A DNA stretch of 64,000 bases from NCBI RefSeq assembly GCF_009914755.1, contig NC_060947.1; one strand, written 5' to 3'. This stretch comes from the human T2T-CHM13v2.0 reference genome, Homo sapiens. The notes under the pieces are model-generated. The model was not told the origin of the DNA. It was given only the letters and a program-made list of their open reading frames with translations, and searched no databases. Positions 25,865 through 41,060 of this stretch are shown here, one piece after another. Every line of letters begins with the position of its first letter. Within the stretch, counting starts at the first letter, position 1. Position numbers and translations under genes: made by a program.

Positions 25865-28800
25865 AAAATAAAGGGGAGATAAAAACATTCTCAACCAAAA
25901 GCTGAGGGAATTTATTCATCACTAGGCTTGCGTTACAAAAAATGCTAAAAGGAGTTCTTCAAAGTGATTAAAAGTTTACCAAGTGGCAACACTGAAATAT
26001 AAAACTCACTAATGAAATTATACAGTCAAGCTCAGAATACTCTTATACTACAGTGGAGGTATGAAAATCAGTTTTATCTCTAGTGTAAAGGTTAAAAGCA
26101 AAATTATTAAAACAATGGCTGCAAAAAATTTCTAAGGGACATAAAATATAAAAATTACAAAACATCATAAAAACAAATTGTGGGGTTAAATTAGAAGTGT
26201 ACATTCTGTGCAAGTAATCAAAGTTAAGTCATTTTTGCCTTAAAATAGACTGTTATTAGTATAAGATATTTTATGTAAGCCTAATGGTAACCACAGGCAC
26301 AAATCCTTAGTAGATATACAAAATATTAAAAGAAAATATTCAAAGCATACCACTACAGAAAAATCATCAAACTGCAAAGGAAGATAGTAAGAGAGGAAGA
26401 GAGAAACAAAGGATCTATAAATTAAACAGAAAATAATTAACAAAATGGCAATAGCAAGTTCTTTCTTCTCAATAATTACTTTTAGTGTAAATGAATTAAA
26501 TTCTCCAATCAAAAGACATCAAGTGGGTGGATGGATTTAAACAAAAAAAAGACCCAAGAATATGCTGCCTGTAGGAGATTAATTTCACCTATTAGGACAC
26601 AAATAGACTAAAAATGAATGGATTAAAAAAGATATTCCATGTAAACTGAAGCAACAAAATAGTAAAAATAGCTATACTTACATCAAACAAAATAGACTTT
26701 AAGTCAAAAATTTTAAAAAGACAAAAAAGGTAATTATATCATCATAAAAAGTCAATTAATTAGGGAATTATAACAATTATAAATATATATTTACCCAACA
26801 CTGGAGCATATATATACATATATATATTTAATAGACCTAAGGGCAAGATAGACTATAATACAATGATCATAGGAGAATTAATTGTCCAACTTTCAACATT
26901 GGACAGATCTAGACAGAAAATCGATAAGAAAACCATGGACTTGAACTACACTCTAGACCAAATGAACCTAACAGATGTTTACCAAATATTCCATCCCAAA
27001 ACAACAGCCTACAAATTTTTCTCAAGTGCACACAGAACATTATCTGGGATAGATTACATGTTAGGCCTCAAAACAAGTCTTAACAAATTTAAGAACATAG
27101 AAATCATATTAAGTATCCTTTCTGACCACAATGCCATAAAACTAGAAATCAATAACTAGAGAAATTTTGGAAAACTCACAAATACGTATAAATTAAACAA
27201 CATGCTCCTTAACACCGATTGGTCAAAGCAAACTTTAAAAGTTATCTTGAGACAAATGAAAATGGAATGACAACATACCAAAACAATGGGATGCAGCAAA
27301 AGTTGTTATGAGAGAAAAGTTTATGGAAATAAAACTACATCAAAAGGGAAGATTTATAATAAACAGACTATTATTACACCTCAGGGAACTAGAAGAAGAA
27401 CAAATTAGTCTCAAACTTATCAAAAAGAAGAAAATAATACAGATCATAGCAGAAATAAATGAAATTGATATTAGAAAGAAACAACAGAACACATCTATAA
27501 AATAAAAGTAGTTTTCTGGAAAAGATGAACAAAATTGAAAAAACTTTAACTAGACCAAAAAAGACAAAAGAAAAGACTCAAACAAAATCAGGAATGAAAG
27601 AGGAGACATTGCAACTCATGCCACAGAAATACAAAGGATCATAAGATACTAATATGAACAACTATACATCAAAAAATTCAATAACCTAGACAAAATGAAT
27701 GAATTCCTGGAAACATGCAACCTACTGAGATTAAATTAGGAAGAAATTGAAAATTGGAACCAATAATGAGTAAGAAGATTTTAAAGGTAATAAAAAGTCA
27801 CCCATCAAAGAAAAGCCCAGGAACTGAAGGATTAACTGCTGAATCCTGCAAAGCATTTTTGAAAAGAACTAACACCAATTATTCTCAAACTCTTCCAGGA
27901 AATTAAAGAGGAAGAGAAAACTTTCCAACTCATTTTATAAGGCCAGCATTACCCTGATACTACAGTCATAGTAGGACACCATAAGAAAACTACAGGCTGA
28001 TACATCTGAAGAACATCAATGCAAAATTCCTCATCAAAATACTAGCAAACTGAATTTAACAGCACATTAAAAAGATCATTTGCCATATTCAAGTGGGACT
28101 TATCCATTGGATGTAAGGATAATTTAACATACTTAAATTAATAAATGTGATATACCACTTTAACAAAATGAAGGACAAAAAATATGATTATATCAATAGA
28201 TGCTGAAAGAGCATTTGATAACATTCAACACCTGTTGATGATAAAAAAAACAACTCTTAACAAAATAGAAACATAAGAAATGTGCCTCAACATGATCAAG
28301 TTCACATAATGGCAAGCTCAAGCTAATATTATTCTCAAAGGTTCAAAGTTGAAAGATTTTCCTCTAAGATCAGGAATAAGACAAGGATCCCAACTCTAGG
28401 CACTCTATTCAACATAGTACTTGAAGTTTTAACCAGACCAATTAGGCAAGAAAAATAAATAAAAGGTATTTATCTAGGAAAGGAAGAAGTGAAATTATCT
28501 GTTTGTTGATGTCATGATCTTATTTACAGAAAATCCTGAAAACTTTATCAAAAAAACTGTTATAACCAATTAACAAATTCAATACCATTAAAAGTTACAA
28601 AATTGAGATACAAAAATCAGTAGCATTTCTATGAAGTAACAACAAACTATCTGAAAAATAAATTAAGAAAAAATCTCATTTTTAATAGTATCAAATAATA
28701 AAATACTTCAGAGTAAACTTAACCAAGAAGGTGAAAGGTCTGTACACTGGAAGCTATAAGACATTGGAGAATGAAAATGAAGACAAATAAATGGAAAGAC

Positions 28801-30024
28801 ATAACATGTTCATAGGAAGGAAGAATATATATTATTAAAATGTGCATACTACCCAAGGTGATCTATAGATTCAATGCAATCTCTATCAAAATTACAATGT
28901 CATTTTCCACAGAAATAGAAAAAATATCCCAAAATGTGCATGGAACCAGAAAAGACCCCAAATAACCAAAGCAATCTTGGGCAAACAACAAAGCTGGAGG
29001 CGTCAAATTACCTGAACTCAAATTATGCTAAAAGGCTATAGTAATCAAAACAGCATGGTGTTAGCATAACAAAAGACACATTGACCAAGAGAACAGGATA
29101 GAAGACCAGGGATAGAAATAATTCCAAGTATTTATATAGTCATTGGATTTTCAACAAATGTACCAAAAACACATTGGGGAAAAGACAATCTCTTCAATAA
29201 CTGGTACTGAAAAATTTAGACATTCACATGCAGAATAAAATTGGACCTCTATCTCACACCATATAGAAAAATCAGCTCAAAATGGCCAAAGACTTAAATG
29301 TAAGACCTGAAACTGTAAAGCTACTAGAAGAAAACATAGTGGAAAAGCTCCATGACCTTGGTCTGGGTAATAATTTTTTAATAGGATTTCAAAAGCACAA
29401 GCAATGAAAGCAAAAATAGACAAATGACACTTTAGCAAACTAAAAACCTTCTGCAAAGAAAAGAAATAACAGAGTGAAGAGATCACTCATAGATTGGGAG
29501 AAAATATTTGTAAACCATGTATCTGATAAGGGGCTAATATCTAAAATATATAAGATACTCAAACAAGTCAACAGCAGGAAAACAAAAAACCGAATTAGAA
29601 AATAAGCAAAGATCTGGACAGATCTTTCTCAAAAGAAGAGATACAAATGGCCAACTAATATATGAAGAAAATGTTTAACATTTCTAATAATTAAGGAAGT
29701 GCAAATTAAAACTGCAATGAGAAATCACCTCATATCTGTTAGAATGGCTATTATCAGTAAGACAAATGATAACTAGTGTTGGTGAGGATGTGGAGAAAAT
29801 AAAACCCTTTTACACTGTTGGTGGGATTATAAATTAGTACAGTAATTTTGGAAAATAATGTGGAGGTTTCTCAAAAAACTAAAAATATAGTTATAGAATA
29901 TGATCCTGCAATTTTACCATATGATCCAATAATCCCACTTCTCGGTAAATATCCAAAAAATTGAAATCAGTATGTCTAAAAGGTCTGCACTCCCATGCTC
30001 ATTGCAGCATATTTAAAATATCCA

Positions 30025-30328
<304 letters not shown>

Positions 30329-32292
30329 AAAATATCCAAGATATGGAAGCAGCCTAAGTGTCTACCAATGGAGAAATGGATAAAGAAAACATGTTGTACA
30401 TATAATGGATAACTATACCATCTTTAAAAAGAAGGAAATTCTGTCATTTGTGACAACACAGGTGGAACTGAAAGACCTTATGCTAAGTGAAATAATCCAA
30501 GCAGAGAAAGGCAAACATTGTATGATCCAACTTATATGTAGAATGTAAAAAAGTCAATCTCACAGAAACAGAGTAGAAAGGTATTTACCGGAGACTAGGG
30601 GGACAGTAAGGGATGAGCATAATCAAAGGGCATAAAGTTTCAGTTAAACTGGAGGAATATGTTTTAGTAATCTGCTGTACTGAATGGTGATTACAGTTAA
30701 TAATAATATATTGCATATTTCAAAATTACCAAAATAATAGATTTTTAATGTTCTCACCACAAAAATATAAGTTGGTGAGGTGATAACATATATTCGTTTG
30801 ATTGACCCTTTCTACACATAGATCAAAATATTATATTGTAACCCATAAATATACACAATTATTATCTGTGAATTAAAATAAATTTAAGAAATAAAGAAAA
30901 ATCATGGCAGACGGGAGGCAGGACTAGATTGTAGCTCCGAACAGAGCAGCATGTGGAGGCTTGCATTCTGAATTTTGGCTCCAGATCAATGGCAAGAACA
31001 AACCAGCAATCCTGAGAGGACCCACAGACCCTCTGAAGGAAGTGGACTGCTTCTGCAGGACTTGGGAGATACCCCAAATACTGTGAGTGCCCCAACTACG
31101 GAAGTGGAAGAGGGAGAACCTCATCTCCCAAACACACATCCCCAATGGAGAAGCTGAAGGTCTGTTTGTGGGAGAGGTTTCCAAATTTACCTGAAGCTGA
31201 GTCAATTTAGAGAGATGAGCAAAATACAGGGGTAAAGGAATCAGCAGAAAGGCCCTGGGAGCTCACTGCATCCCCTAGCAGGCCATTCCTCACAGGGATC
31301 CATCGGGAGGGTGGCCAGAGGAGCAGGGGTTAAAACTCCACAGGGAGAAGGAAATCTTTAGCTAAACTTTGTGACGATTTGAACAAGGCAAGAAGCCTAA
31401 TGGCCAGAACTCAGGGGAGGGCACAAATCCAGTGTGCAGATTCCACAGGCAAGGGAAGAACCAAGCCCTTTTCTTTCACATTTGGGAGGCAGGTAGCCTG
31501 GGGCAAGTTTTCAAGCCTGTCTTGCCCTCCACCTGGAAACAGACTCAGGGCTGTTGCCGGGGCATGTGGTAGTGAGGCTGGCCCTTCGGTTTTCATGGGA
31601 GCTGGGTGAGGCCTGTGACTGCAAGCTTTCCCCCATTTCCCTGACAACCTGCATGACTCAGCAGAGGCAGTCATAATCCTCCTAGGTACACAACTCCAGT
31701 GACCTGGGAATCTCACTCCCATCTCCCACAGCAGCCACAGCAAGACCCGCCCAAGGAGAGTCTGAGCTCAGACACGCCTAGCCCTGCCACAACCTGATGA
31801 TCCTTCCCTATCCACCCTGGTAATGGAAGATAAAGGGCATATAATCTTGGGAGTTCTAGGGTCCCACTCACCAGTGATCCCTCTCCCTACAACTACAGTT
31901 GAAGCTTTCTGGAAATTGCCACACCTGGCAGAAGGCCAACCAGCACAAAAATAGAGCATTAAATCACCAAGCTAAGAACCCTCACAGAGTCCATTGCACC
32001 CCCACCACCACCTCCACCAGAACAGGTGCTGGTATCCACAGCTGAGAGACCAATACATAGTTCATATCACATGACTCTGTGCAGACAACCCCCAGTACCA
32101 GCCTGGAGCCAGGTAGGCTCACTGGGTGGCTAGGCCCAGAAGAGAGACAAAAATCACTGCAGTTCAGGTCAAAGGAAGCCACATCTGTAGGAAAAGGGGG
32201 AGAGTACTACATCAAGGGAACACCTTGTGGGACAAAAGAATCTGAACAACAGCCTTCAGCCCTAGACCTTCCCTCTGACAGAGCCTACACAA

Positions 32293-33310
32293 ATGAGAAG
32301 GAACCAGAAAACCAATCCTGGTAATATGACAAAACAAGGCTCTTCAACACCCCCAAAAGATCACAAAAGTTCACCAGCAATGGATCTAAACCAAGAAGAA
32401 ATCCCTGATTTACCTGAAAAAGAATTCAGGAGGTTAGTTGTTAAGCTAATCAGGGAGGGACCAGAGAAAGCAGAAGCCCAATGCAAGGAAATCCCAAAAA
32501 AAAAAAAAAAAAAAAAAATCATACAAGAAGTGAAGGGAGAAATATTCAAGGAAATAGCTTAAAGAAATATCAATCAAAAATTCAGGAAACACTGGACACA
32601 CTTTTAGAAATACGAAATGCTCTGGAAAGTCTCAGCACTAGAATTGAACAAGCAGAGGAAAGAAATTCAGAGCTCAAATACAAGGAACAAAGACAAAGAA
32701 AAAAGGACAAGAAAAATATGAACAAAGCCTCCAAGAATTATGTCTGGGATTATGTTAATGACCAAAGCTAAGAATAATTGGTGTTCCTGAGGAAGAAGAG
32801 AATTCTAAAAGCTTGTAAAACAAATTTGGGGAAGTAATAGAGGAAAATTTCCCCAGCCTTGCTAGAGACCTAGACATCCAAATACGTGAAATACAAAGAA
32901 TATCTGGAAAATTCATCACAAAAAGATATTCACCTAGGCATATTATCATCAGGTTATCCAAAGTTAAGACGAAGGAGAGAATCTTAAGAGCTGTGAGACA
33001 GAAGCACCAGGTAATCTATACAGGAAAACCTATGAGATTGACAGCAGATTTCTCAGCAGAAACACTACAAACTAGAAGGGATTGGGGCCCTATTTTCAGC
33101 CTCCTCAAACAAAACGATTATCAGCCAAGAATTTTGTATCCAGTGAAACTAAGTATCTTATATGAAGGAAAGATACAGTCCTTTTCAGATGCACAAATGC
33201 TGAGAGAATTCGCCATTATCAAGCCACCACTACAAGAACTGCTGAAAGGAGCACTAAATCTTGAAACAAATCCTCAAAACATATCAAAACAGAAACTCTT
33301 GAAAGCATAA
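32293..33310 (+). pseudogene. L1PB1 ORF1 remnant (frameshifted)
   Basis: MRRNQK..EIPDLPEKEFRR and RLTADFSAETLQTRRDWGPIFSLLKQNDYQPRILYPVKLS, split by stops and a poly-A expansion at ~32496-32518. Confidence 0.9.
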
Positions 33311-33415
33311 ATCACACAGGACATATAAAATAAAAATACAAGTTAAAACAAGTTAAATACAAGTTAAAATCAAAAACAAAAAAAAACACAAAGTACACAG
33401 GCAGCAAAGAGCACA

Positions 33416-36400
33416 ATGAATGCAATGGTATCTCACATTTCAATACTATCATTGAATGTAAATGGCCTAAATGCTCCACTTAAAAGATACAGAACCACAG
33501 AATGAATAAGATCTCACCAAACAACTATCTGCTGCCTTCAGGAGACTCACCTAACGCATAAGGACTCCAATAAACTTAAAGTAAAGGAGTGAAAAAAGGC
33601 ATTTCATGCAAATGGACACCAAAAGCCAGCAGGAGTAGTTATATCAAACCAAACAAACTTTAAAGTAACAGCAGTTAAAAGAGACAGAGAGACATTATAT
33701 AATGGTAAAAGGCCTTGTCCAACAGGAAAATATCACAATCTTAAACATATATGCACCCAACACTGGAGCTTCCAAATTTATAAATCAATTGCTAATAGAC
33801 CTAAGAAATGAGATAGACAAGAACACAATAAGAGTGGGGGACTTCAATACTCCACTGACAGCACTGGACAGGTCATCAAGCCGGAAAGTCAACAAAGAAA
33901 CAATGCATTTAAACTATACTTTGCAACAAATGGACTTAACAGATATATACAGAACACTTTATCCAACAACTGCAGAGTACACATTCTATTCAACAGTGCA
34001 TAGAACTTTTTTTCCAAGATAGACCATATGATAGGCCATAAAACTAGCCTCAATAAATTTAAGAAAATTGGAATTATATCAAGCATTCTCTTAGACCACA
34101 GTGGAATAAAACTGGAAATAAACTCGAAAACGAACCTTCAAAACTATGCAAATACATCGAAATTAAAATAAACTGCTCTTGAATGAGCATTGGGTCAAAA
34201 AGAAAATCAAAACGGAAATCAAAAAATTCTCCAAACAGAATGACAATAATGACACAACCTATCAAAATCTCTGGGATATAGCAAAGGTGGTGCTTAAAGG
34301 AAAGTTCATAGCCCTAAATGCCTACATCAAAAAGACTGAAAGAGCACAAACTGGCATTCTAAGGTCACACCTCAAGGAACTAGAGAAACAAGAACAGACC
34401 AAATGCAAACCCAGCAGAAGAAAGGAAATTACCAAGATCAGAGCAGAACTAAATGAAATTGAAACAAAAAAAAAATACAAAAGATAAACGAAACAAAAAT
34501 TGGTTATTTGAAAAGATAAATAAAATTGATAGACTATTAGTGAGATTAACCAAGAAAAGAAGAGAGAAAATCCAAATAACCTCACTAAGAAAAGAAACAG
34601 GAGATATTACAATTGATACCACTGAAATACAAAAGATCATTCAAGGCTACTAAGAACACCTTTACACAAATAAACTAGAAAACCTAGAAGAGATGAATAA
34701 ATTCCTGAAAAAAGACAACCCTTTTTGCTTAAATCAGGAAGAATTAGATACTCTGAACACACCAATAACAAGCAGTGAGATTGAAATGGTAATTTAAAAA
34801 TTACAAACAAAAAACATGTCCAGGACCAGACGGACTCACAGCAGAATTCTACCAGACATTCAAAGAAGAATTAGTACCAATCCTTTTGACACTATTCTAC
34901 AAGATAGAGAAAGAAGGAACCTCCCTAACTCATTCTATGAAGCCAGCATCAGCCTAATACCAAAACCAGGAAAGGACATAACCAAAAAAGAAAACGGCAG
35001 ACTGATATCCTTGATGAACATTGATGCTAAAATCCTTAACAAAATGCTAGCTATTCGAATCCAGCAACATATCAAAAAAAAAAAAGTCCACCATAATAAA
35101 GTAAGTTTCATACCAGGGATGCAGGGATGGTATAACATATGCAAGTCAATAAATGTGATACACCATGTAAACATAATTAAAAACAAAAATCATATGATCA
35201 TCCCAATAGATGCAGAAAAAGCATTCAACAAAATACAGCATCACTTTATGATTGAAACTCTCAGCAAAATCAGCATACAAGGGACATACCTTAATGTAAT
35301 AAAAGGCATCTACGACAAACCCACCACCACTGAATGGGGAAAAGTTGAAAGCATTCTCTCTGTGAACTGGAACAAGACAAGGATGCCCATTCTCACCACT
35401 CCTCTTCAATGTAGTACTGGAAGTCTTGGCCAGAACAATCAGACAGGAGAAAGAAATAAAGGGCATCCAAATTGGTAAAGAAGAAGTCAAACTGTCACTG
35501 TTTGCTGATGATATGATCGTGTACCTTGAAAATCCTAAGGGTTCCTCCAGAAAACTCCTAGAACCAATAAAACAATTCAGCAAAGTTTCCGGATACAAGA
35601 TTAGTGTACACAAAAAAGTAGCTCGCTATACACCAACAGTGACGAAGCAGAGAATCAAATCAAGAACTCAACTCCTTTTACAATAGCTGCAAAAAAAAAA
35701 TAATAAAATATTTAGGAATATACCTAACCAAAAAGGCAAAAGACCTCTACAAGGAAAAGTACATAACACTGCTGAAAGAAATCATAGACAACACAAATGG
35801 AAACATATACCATCCTCATGGATAGGTAGAATCAATATTGTAAAAATTACCATAGTGTCAAAAGCAGTCTACAATTTCAATTCAATCTCTATCAAAATAC
35901 CACCATCATTCTTCACAGAATTAGAAAAAAAACAATTTTAAAATTCAGATGGAACCAAAAAAGAGCCTGCATAGCCAAGAATGACTAAGGAAAAAGAACA
36001 AATCTGGAGGCATCACACTACCTGATTTCAAACTATACTATAAGTCCAAAGTCACCAAAACAGCCTGGTACTGGTATAAAAATAGGCACATAGATCAATG
36101 GAACAAAATAGAGAACCCAGAAATAAATCCAGATAGAGCCAGCAGATCTTTGACAAAGCCAACAAAACCATAAAGTGGGGAAAGTACATCCTTTTCAACA
36201 AATGGTACTGGGATAATTGGCTAGCCACATGTAGGAAAATAAAACTGGATCCTCTTCTCTCACCTTATATAAAAATCAACTTAAGATGGATTAAGGACTT
36301 AAACCTAAGACCTGAAACCATAAAAATTCTAGAAGATAACATTGGAAAAATCCCTTCTAGACATTGGCTCAGGCAAGGATTTCATTACCAAGAAACCAAA

Positions 36401-37082
36401 AGCAAATGCAATAAAAACAAAGATAAATAGCTGGGACCTAATTAAACTAAGGAGTTTTTGCATGGTAAAGGAAGAGTCAGCAGAGTAAACAGACAACCCA
36501 CAGAATGCGAGAAAGTCTTCACAATCTATACATCTGACAAAGCACTAATATCCAGAATCTACAATGAACTCAAAGAAATCAGTAAGAAAAAAACAAACAA
36601 TCCAATCAAAAAGTGGGCTAAGGACATAAATAGACATTCTCAAATGAAGATATACAAATGGCCAACAAATATATGAAAAAATGCTCAACATCACTAATGA
36701 TCAGGGAGATGCAAATCAAAACCACAATGCGATATCACATTATTCCTGCAAGAATGGCCATAATCAAAACATCAAAAAACAGTAGAATGTTGGTGTGGAC
36801 GCGGTGAACAGGGAACACTTCTACACTTGTGGTGGAAATGTAAACTAGTACAGCTGCTATGGAACACAGTGTGGAGATTCCTTAAAGAACTAAAAGTAGA
36901 ATTACCATTTTATCCAGCAATACCACTGCTGGGTATCTACCCAGAGGAAAAGAAATTACTTGAAATAGATAATTGCTCACACATGTTTATAGTGGCACAA
37001 TTCACAATTGCAAAGTCATGGAACCAACCCAATGCACATCAATCAATGAATGGATAAAGAAACTGTGATATATATGGGTGTC

Positions 37083-37121
<39 letters not shown>

Positions 37122-37250
37122 TGATATATATGTGTATATACATATGATGGAATACTACAATAAACTGTGCTATGTGTGTGTGTGTGTATATATATATATG
37201 ATGGAATACTACACAGCCATAAAAAGGAATGAATTAACAGCATTTGCAGT
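33416..37250 (+). pseudogene. L1PB1 ORF2 remnant (endonuclease / reverse transcriptase; many stops and frameshifts)
   Basis: [43 protein letters not shown] and LFADDMIVY fragments in different frames. Confidence 0.92.
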
Positions 37251-37679
37251 GGCCTGGATGAGATTGGAGACAATTATTCTAAGTGAAGTAACTCACTTAG
37301 AATCTAAGTAACTAAACATCATATGTTCTCACTGATATGTGGGAACTGAGCTATGAGGACACAAAGGCATAAGAATGATACCATGGACTTTGGGGTCTTG
37401 GGGGGAAGATTGGGAGGGGGGCGAGGGATAAAAGACTACAAATATGGTGCAGTGCATACAGCGTGGGTGATGGGTGCACCAAAATCTCACAGATCCCCAC
37501 TAAAGAACTTACTCATGTAACCAAAAACCACCTGTACCCCAATAACTTATGGAAAAATAAAATGAATTTAAAAAATTATTTCCCCTAAAAATATTTACAA
37601 TGCATGTGTTAGTATAAATGCAGTGCAGAATAAATTCATCATAGCCTCATGGTATGAAGGTTAAAAACTTGAGGTCTAG

Positions 37680-38035
<356 letters not shown>

Positions 38036-38378
38036 ATATGGACAATTTTTAAATCTCCCTGTGACTAGTAACTTTCTCTTTAAAAAAAAGAGAATAATAA
38101 TAATATTACTGAAAGAATTAAATGAATTAATATATATAAAAATATTTTGGACAGCTCCTACTACAGTGTATGTGCTAATTATTATTACTATTTATCTCAG
38201 AAGATAATTTCTGAATTAGCTCTTGAAGAAAGTCATGGACAGAGATTGCCGGAAGAAAAGAAGACAGCCATGCCTAGATCCTGGTAGGTATGGAGGTCAG
38301 ACTCAGCAAAGTGGTTATGACTTGAGTGCCTATAATCAGGGACACCATTAAGCATAAGGGTAGAAAGTCACTCACTGC

Positions 38379-40180
38379 ATGAGTGAACTCCCATTCACAA
38401 TTGCTACAAAGAGATTAAAATACCTAGGAATACAACTCACAAGGGATGTGAAGGACCTCTTCAGGGAGAACTACAAACCACTGCTCAACGAGATAAGAGA
38501 GGACACAAACAAATGGAAAAATATTCCACGCTCATGGATAGGAAGAATCAATATCGTGAAAATGGCCATACCTGCCCAAAGTAATTTATAGATTCAATGC
38601 TATCCCCATCAAGCTACCATTGACTTTCTTCACAGAATTAGAAAAAAAAAACTAGTTTAAATTTCATATGGAACCAAAAAAGAGCCCATATAGCCAAGAC
38701 GATCCTAAGCAAAAAGAATAAAGCTGGAGGCATCATGCTACCTGACTTCAAACTATACTACAAGGCTACAGTAACCAAAACAGCATGGTACTGGTATCAA
38801 AACAGATATATAGACCAATGGAACAGAACAGAGGCCTTAGAAATAATGCCGCACATCTACAACCATCTGATCTTCGACAAACCTGACAAAAACAAGCAAT
38901 GGGGAAAGGATTCCCTATTTAATAAATGGTGTTGGGAAAACAGGCTAGCCAAATGCAGAAAACTGAAACTGGACCCCTTCCTTACACCTTATACAAAAAT
39001 TAACTCAAGATGGATTAAAGACTTAAACATAAGACCTAAAGCCATAAAAACTCTAGGAGAAAACCTAGGCATTACAATTCAGGACATAGGCATAGGCAAA
39101 GACTTCATGACTAAAACACAAAAAGCAATGGGAACAAAAACCAAAATGACAAATGGTCTCTAATTAAACTAAAGAGCTTCTGCACAGCCAAAGAAAGTAT
39201 CACCAGAGTGAACACGCAACCTATAGAATGGGAGAAAATGTTTGCAATCTATCCATCTGATAAAGGGCTAATATCCAGAATCTAAAAAGAACTTAAACAA
39301 ATTTACAAGAAAAAAACAACACCATCAAAAAGTGGGTGAAGAATATGAACAGACACTTCTCAAAAGAAGACATTTATGCAGCCAACAGATATATGAAAAA
39401 AAGCTCATCATCACTGGTCATTAGAGAAATGCAAATCAAAACCACAATGAGATACCATCTCATGCCAGTTAGAATGGTGATCATTAAAAAGTCAGGAAAC
39501 AACAGAGGCTGGAGAGGATGTGGAGAAATAGGAACGCTTTTACACTGTTGGTGGAAGTGTAAATTAGTTCAACCATTGCGGAAGACAGTGTGGTGATTCC
39601 TCAAGGATCTAGAACCAGAAATACCATTTGACCCAGCAATACCATTACTGGGTATATACACAAAGGATTATAAATCATTCTACTATAAAGACACATGCAC
39701 ACGTATGTTTATTGCGGCACTGTTCACAATAGCAAAGACTTGGAACCAACCCGAATGACCATCAATGATAGACTGGATAAACAAAATGTGGTACATATAT
39801 ACCATGGAATACTATGCAGTCATAAAAAAGGATGAGTTCATGTCCTTTGCAGGGACATGGATGAAGCTGGAAACCATCATTGTCAGCAAACTAACACAGG
39901 AACAGAAAACCAAACACCGCATGCTCTCACTCATAAGTGGGAGTTGAACAATGAGAACACATGGACACAGGGAGGGGAACGTCACACACTGGGGCTTGTC
40001 AGGGTGTGGGGGCTAGGGGAGGGAGAGCATTAGGACAAATACCTAATGCATGTGGGGCTTAAAACCTAGATGACGGGTTGATAGGTGCAGCAAACCACCA
40101 TGGCACATGTATACTCGTGTAACAAACCTGCACGTTCTGCACAGGTATCCCAGAACTTAAAGTAAAATAAAATTTAAAAA
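38379..40180 (+). mobile_element. 5'-truncated L1PA7/8-like element
   Basis: ORF2 peptides ([12 protein letters not shown]..., [19 protein letters not shown]). 3' UTR ggacaaatacctaatgcatgtggggcttaaaacctagatgacggg. Confidence 0.92.
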
Positions 40181-40940
40181 ATCTAAATCACAATAAGTTT
40201 CCATTGCATACCAGTCAGGATGGCTATTATTAAAAAGTCAAAAAAAACATAGATTCTGGCAAAGCTGCAGAGACAAGTGAACGCTTTTACACTGTTGGAG
40301 GGAATGTAAATTAGTTCAGCTACTGTGGAAAGCACCTTGGAGATTTCTCAAAGAACTTGAAATGGAAATACCAATTGGCCCAGCAATCCTAATACTAGGC
40401 ATATATCCAAAAGAAAATGAATTGTTCTACCAAAAAAACACATGTACTCACATGTTCACTGCAGCATTATTCACAATAGCAATGACGTGCAATCAATCTA
40501 AGTGTTCATCAATGGTGGATTAGGTAAAGAAAATACAGTACATATACACCATGGAATACTACACAGCCATAAAAAGGAATGAAATAATATCCTTTGCAGT
40601 AACATGGATGCAACTGGAGGCCATTATCCTAAGCAAATTATCACAGGAACCTAAAACCAAATACCGCATGTTATTACTTGTATGTGGCAGCTAAACAATG
40701 GATTCGCATGGACATAAAGATGGCAACAAGAGACACAGGGGAATGCTAGAGGGAGAAGGGGTTGAAAAACTAACTATGGGTTACTATGCTCACTTCCAGG
40801 GTGATGGGTTCAATCATATTCCAAACCTCAGCATCATGCAATATACCCATGTAATAAACCTGCACATGTATCCCCGACATCTAAAAATAAATGCTGAAAT
40901 TATAAAGAAAAAAATAGAAAATTTTAAGAAAAAAAGAAAA
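40181..40940 (+). mobile_element. Older L1 3' fragment (L1PA16/17 or L1PB4-like)
   Basis: gggttgaaaaactaactatgggttactatgctcac...ccaaacctcagcatcatgcaatatacccatgtaa, then an A-rich tail. Confidence 0.85.
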
Positions 40941-41060
40941 ATGCATATATATGAATATATATTATATAAATATATATATAATATAGTATATAAAAATATA
41001 TATAATAGTATATAAATATAATATATATACTTTCATATATATGTATATACGAAAGTATAA
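40941..41060. repeat. TA-rich simple repeat
   Basis: Directly visible. Confidence 0.9.

Larger units (their letters stand above)
30893..37557 (+). mobile_element. Full-length (~6.7 kb) inactive L1PB1-like LINE-1
   Basis: 5' end atcatggcagacgggaggcaggactagattg, then ORF1, ORF2 and a PB1-type 3' end (gggataaaagactacaaat...gtaccccaataacttatggaaa). Degenerate TSD 30874-30892 / 37558-37576 (17/19). Confidence 0.93.

Noticed and set aside
33334-33370. Short tandem duplications (acaagttaaa x3 here; similar at ~7639, ~29892, ~45985, ~47922, ~54252)
   Set aside because: Routine slippage duplications with no sign of function.
30893-37557. Retrotransposition-competent L1 or domesticated RT gene
   Set aside because: ORF1 and ORF2 are broken by many stops and frameshifts; the longest piece is 220 aa and changes frame.
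38379-40940. 3' transduction (L1PA7/8 carrying the downstream older L1 piece)
   Set aside because: No TSD matching the 5' flank follows the second A-rich tail.
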